Positions 53,920 through 57,417 of a DNA stretch of 57,417 nucleotides are shown here, piece after piece. Numbering within the stretch: the stretch's first letter is position 1; every line of letters starts with the position of its first letter. Both the position numbers and the translations under genes were made by a program. The notes beneath the pieces were generated by a model. It did not search any database. It had not been told where the DNA came from and was given only the letters and a program-made list of their open reading frames with translations. Location: the IMG/VR virus record IMGVR_UViG_3300022897_000003, positions 1 through 57,417 of that record; one strand, written 5' to 3'. This DNA comes from a virus (taxonomy: Duplodnaviria; Caudoviricetes).

Positions 53920-56775
53920 TTGAGCCTCACCGACGGATTCGACTCCGCCACGGCGCGACGGTGGCTGGGCATCCTGCACGGTGACTCCCCAGGTCACCTG
54001 CTCATCTGCTCCACCGACGACTGGGCCGGGCGCGCCTTCCTGCCGAACCAGCTCGACCAGGCGGTCAGCTACATCGCCGGTCTCGACGCGGTTCGCAAGG
54101 AAGGCATCTACCTGCGCATCACGAGCGTCAGCACCCTGCCCGAGCCGGGCAAGCGTGGAAGCGCCGCCGACAGCGCCGCCCTGCCAGCGCTCTGGGCAGA
54201 CCTCGACCTGGCCGGCCCGGGCCACGAACTCTGGTGTCCGCGCGACTGCACGGTGAACCATGCCCACCTCTGCCCGGCGGACTGCGACCTCGAGCACCGA
54301 CACATCGTCCGCGAGCTTCCACCCGACGAGACCGCCGGCCGGGCCATCATCGCCGCTACCGGGCTTCCCGAGCCGACCATCTGGGTCCACTCCGGCGGTG
54401 GCCTCTATCCGATCTGGCTGCTCACCGAGCCGCACACGATCACCGAGGCCAACCTCGATGAGGCCAGACGCCTCGCCAAGGACTGGCAGCGCGTCATCGA
54501 GCACACCGCGGCCTCACTCGGCTGGTACTACGGCCGCGGCGTAGGCGACCTCGCTCGGGTCTTGCGCATCCCCGGCACTGTCAACCGCAAGGAAGGCCTG
54601 GCTCGGCCCTGCCGCATCTCTTCGGCCAGCGCCTATCGGTACACGTTCCGCCACCTGGTCGACGCCCTGGACGTTGCGATCGCCCGCATCGACCCCATCA
54701 CCGACGTTGGAGCGTCAGCGCCTACCTCCAACGTCGTCGCCCCCGGCGTCGGACCGGTCGTCGGCACGCCCGTGGCCCGGCCGGCGGGCGCGGTCAGCCC
54801 GCTCGACGACTACTCCGCGCGCACCAGCTGGGCCGACATCCTCGTCCCGGCCGGCTGGCACCAGCACTACGAGCAGGACGGCGTCACTTACTGGACCCGG
54901 CCCGGCAAGTCCACCGGCACCAGCGCGAGCACCAACGCGCTCGGCACCGACCGGCTGCACGTCTTCACCACCAGTGCCACGCCGCTCGAGGGAAACGAGT
55001 CCTACTCCAAAGGCGGGGCGTACGCGGCGCTCTACCACGGCGGCGACCACTCGGCAGCCGCCAGCGAGCTCGCAGCAGCCGGATACGGCACACCCCTGCC
55101 CGACCCCGGCATTGCCCACCGCGAGGCGCTGATGGACATCCTGGGCGGGCCGGTGCCCGATCCGCCGGCCGCTCCGGCGCCGACCGGATTGCGCGTCTGG
55201 ACGCCCGAGATCGACGCCTCCAACCCGGCCATCTCCGCCGACTGGCTGCGGACCGAAGCCGGGCGGGGCAAACTGTCCGGGCTCTTCAAGCGGGGCGGCT
55301 TCGTCGTGCACACACCGCGTGAAGGCGAAGGTGGCTACGTCCCACTGACGGAGAACGACGGCGACGAGGACGGCCCCGCGCAGATCCACAACGTCACCGA
55401 CTCGACCCTGTCCTCGCGCATCAGCTACACCTACGGCGTCTTCCGGATGGTTAAGCGGGGCGAGGACTACGAGCCCGTCCCGGCACTGTTCCCGCGCTCG
55501 GCGGCTCGCACCGCTCTCGACGTGCCCGACATGCTGCCCAACCTGCGCAGCCTGCGCGGCGTCATCCACTCGCCCGTCTTCCGGCCCGACGGCAGTCTCA
55601 TCTCCACGCCCGGCTACGACGAGAAGACCCGACTGCTTTACCTGCCCGAGCCCGGCCTCGACATCCCGCGGGTGCCCGAGGAGCCGGCCGCCGGCGACGT
55701 CACCGACGCCGTGAAGCTGATCCTGGAGATGATCGACGGCTTCCCCTTCAAGAACGACCACTACCGGGCCAACTTCCTCGGCGCCCTGATCACCCCGCTG
55801 CTGCGGGCCATGTCGCCGCCGCCGTACAAGCTGCACGCCATCGAGGCCCACCAGCCCGGCTCCGGCAAGACCCTGCTCGCCAACGTCGCCCGGCACATTC
55901 ACGGCGGCGTCTTCCGCGCCGAGATGCCCGGCGACGACTCGGAGCTGCGCAAGCAGGTCACCACCATCCTGTCGGTCACCACCGGGCCCGTCGTCGTCAT
56001 CGACAACGTCTCCGGCGTGCTCAAGAGCAGCGCCCTGGCCGGCCTGCTCACCTCGGACCAGTGGGACGACCGGCTGCTGGGCGGCAACGAGTGGGTCAAC
56101 GCCGTCAACGACCGGCTGTGGACCATCACCGGCAACAACATCAGCATCGGCGGCGACCTCCCGCGGCGCACCCTGCGCACCGTCATCGACCCGGGCGTGC
56201 CGAACCCCGAGAACCGCACCGGCTTCGCGATCGCCGATCTCGAGCGGTGGGTCAAGGACCGGCGCGGCGAGCTGCTGCACGCGCTGCTCGTCATCGTCCG
56301 ATCCTGGGTCGCCGCGGGCCGCCCGATGCCGCCGGAGCGCAGCAGCGACGGATACGCGCGCTGGGTGCGCACGCTCGAGGGCATCCTCGGCAACGCCGGC
56401 ATCCCGGGCGGCTTCGACCACCCGTCGACCCACATCGAGATCGGCAGCGACGACGACGAGTGGGGACTGTTCCTCGCAGCCGCACACGGGGCGGTGGGGG
56501 ACAGCCTGTGGACCGCGAAGGAACTTCTCGGCAACGTCGACCAGGGCGGCATCATCTCGACCGGCCCGATCCCCGTCGACGCTCTGCCGGGCGAGCTCGC
56601 GGAGAAGGCGATCCGGCATCCGAACGGCCCGCCCGGCATCGCCAAGAGCCTCGGACGGTGGTTGAACAACCGCGACGGACGCTGGGCAAGCGGATACGTC
56701 ATCCGCTGCGCAGGCCAAACCCGCGAACGCATCAAGCAGTGGCAAATCACCACCAATCCGGGCGGCCCCTCATGA
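53920..56775 (+). CDS. primase-helicase (RepB'/AEP-like primase fused to a P-loop ATPase)
   Basis: LWADLD, VHSGGG, ARVLRIPGTVN, WTRPGK, Walker A PGSGKT, IDN, TGNN. Confidence 0.85.
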   Translation: MSLTDGFDSATARRWLGILHGDSPGHLLICSTDDWAGRAFLPNQLDQAVSYIAGLDAVRKEGIYLRITSVSTLPEPGKRGSAADSAALPALWADLDLAGPGHELWCPRDCTVNHAHLCPADCDLEHRHIVRELPPDETAGRAIIAATGLPEPTIWVHSGGGLYPIWLLTEPHTITEANLDEARRLAKDWQRVIEHTAASLGWYYGRGVGDLARVLRIPGTVNRKEGLARPCRISSASAYRYTFRHLVDALDVAIARIDPITDVGASAPTSNVVAPGVGPVVGTPVARPAGAVSPLDDYSARTSWADILVPAGWHQHYEQDGVTYWTRPGKSTGTSASTNALGTDRLHVFTTSATPLEGNESYSKGGAYAALYHGGDHSAAASELAAAGYGTPLPDPGIAHREALMDILGGPVPDPPAAPAPTGLRVWTPEIDASNPAISADWLRTEAGRGKLSGLFKRGGFVVHTPREGEGGYVPLTENDGDEDGPAQIHNVTDSTLSSRISYTYGVFRMVKRGEDYEPVPALFPRSAARTALDVPDMLPNLRSLRGVIHSPVFRPDGSLISTPGYDEKTRLLYLPEPGLDIPRVPEEPAAGDVTDAVKLILEMIDGFPFKNDHYRANFLGALITPLLRAMSPPPYKLHAIEAHQPGSGKTLLANVARHIHGGVFRAEMPGDDSELRKQVTTILSVTTGPVVVIDNVSGVLKSSALAGLLTSDQWDDRLLGGNEWVNAVNDRLWTITGNNISIGGDLPRRTLRTVIDPGVPNPENRTGFAIADLERWVKDRRGELLHALLVIVRSWVAAGRPMPPERSSDGYARWVRTLEGILGNAGIPGGFDHPSTHIEIGSDDDEWGLFLAAAHGAVGDSLWTAKELLGNVDQGGIISTGPIPVDALPGELAEKAIRHPNGPPGIAKSLGRWLNNRDGRWASGYVIRCAGQTRERIKQWQITTNPGGPS

Positions 56776-56926
56776 CGTCTGCAGGGTTTGTGGGGTTTGC
56801 AGGGTTTGTTTCAGCCCACGCGCGCGCGCAAATGTTTGAAGCGATTACGCAGAGTACGCATTCCGTGGGGAGCCTTACGGGGTCGGCTGGATCTATTCCC
56901 TGCAAACCCCACAAACCCTGCAGACG
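56776..56926. repeat. putative replication origin: 29-bp perfect inverted repeat built of 9-bp iterons
   Basis: CGTCTGCAGGGTTTGTGGGGTTTGCAGGG (56776-56804) / exact reverse complement (56898-56926). Confidence 0.75.
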
Positions 56927-56938
56927 CGGATTTCGGCC

Positions 56939-57211
56939 ATGACCCACTTCGTGTCGACCGCCGCCGAACTCTCCGCGTGCAACACCTGCGGGATGCCGAT
57001 CCTGCGCGCCCTCGACGAAGGCCTGCCGGCCCGCGTCGACCTCGTCCCGCTGCCTGATCTGAGCGCCGAGATCACCGCCATCGCGACCGGCCGGCAGACC
57101 TACACCCGGCTCCGCAACGGCGGCCTGGCCTACCGCGACGAGACCCGCCTCAGCGACCCCGCCATGGCGTCGCGAGTCCACGCCCAGCACGTCTGCCAAC
57201 CAAGGAGATGA
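56939..57211 (+). CDS. small Zn-ribbon protein
   Basis: CNTCG...DEGL...H.C. Confidence 0.7.
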   Translation: MTHFVSTAAELSACNTCGMPILRALDEGLPARVDLVPLPDLSAEITAIATGRQTYTRLRNGGLAYRDETRLSDPAMASRVHAQHVCQPRR

Positions 57212-57213
57212 CC

Positions 57214-57417
57214 GTGACCCAGATCGTCGACCAGCCGGCGCCCACGCCTAATGAGCGCCCGTCAATCCAGTCTCTGGTCCGTCAGGACCTCGTAGAGCGC
57301 GAGCAGGTAGGCATTCAGCGCTACGGAACCGCCCTACAGGCGCACAACGGCCGCGACGCGCTCGTCGACGCCTACCAGGAAGCGCTCGACCTCGCCTGCT
57401 ACGTCCGGCCGGCCATC
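57214..57417 (+). CDS. 5' part of the junction-spanning MazG-like gene (continues at 145-465)
   Basis: AAGGAG RBS, GTG 57214, in frame with position 1. Confidence 0.7.
   Translation, partial: MTQIVDQPAPTPNERPSIQSLVRQDLVEREQVGIQRYGTALQAHNGRDALVDAYQEALDLACYVRPAI
57274..57417. repeat. Right copy of 144-bp terminal overlap
   Basis: See 1-144. Confidence 0.95.

Overview
This window looks like a complete, circularly permuted genome (about 57,273 bp plus a 144-bp end overlap) of a high-GC temperate siphophage of an actinobacterium. A filamentous actinomycete host is inferred from the TraB module. The modules are: HNH/putative cos/terminase, head, tail and lysis (3.0-29.5 kb); a leftward 7.7-kb operon resembling the conjugation region of actinomycete plasmids/AICEs (29.6-37.3 kb); regulators, tyrosine integrase, attP in a tRNA-Val 3' half and a CI/Cro switch (37.4-42.1 kb); and early/replication genes (42-57.4 kb, wrapping to 2.5 kb) with two methyltransferases, WhiB, a RecD-like helicase, a Cas4-like nuclease, MazG-like proteins, a primase-helicase and an iteron origin. 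The standout is that this phage, which has a full virion gene set, also carries a TraB (FtsK/SpoIIIE) DNA translocase. Beside it are an adjacent clt-like cluster of GGTCGCGG octamers, Spd-like membrane proteins, a Nudix hydrolase, and an RHH repressor with four operators over the operon promoter. Inside this operon is a tightly coupled array of 12 tiny, mostly basic ORFs, most of them missed by the ORF track. All functional calls come from motif recognition and synteny only; no searches were run.
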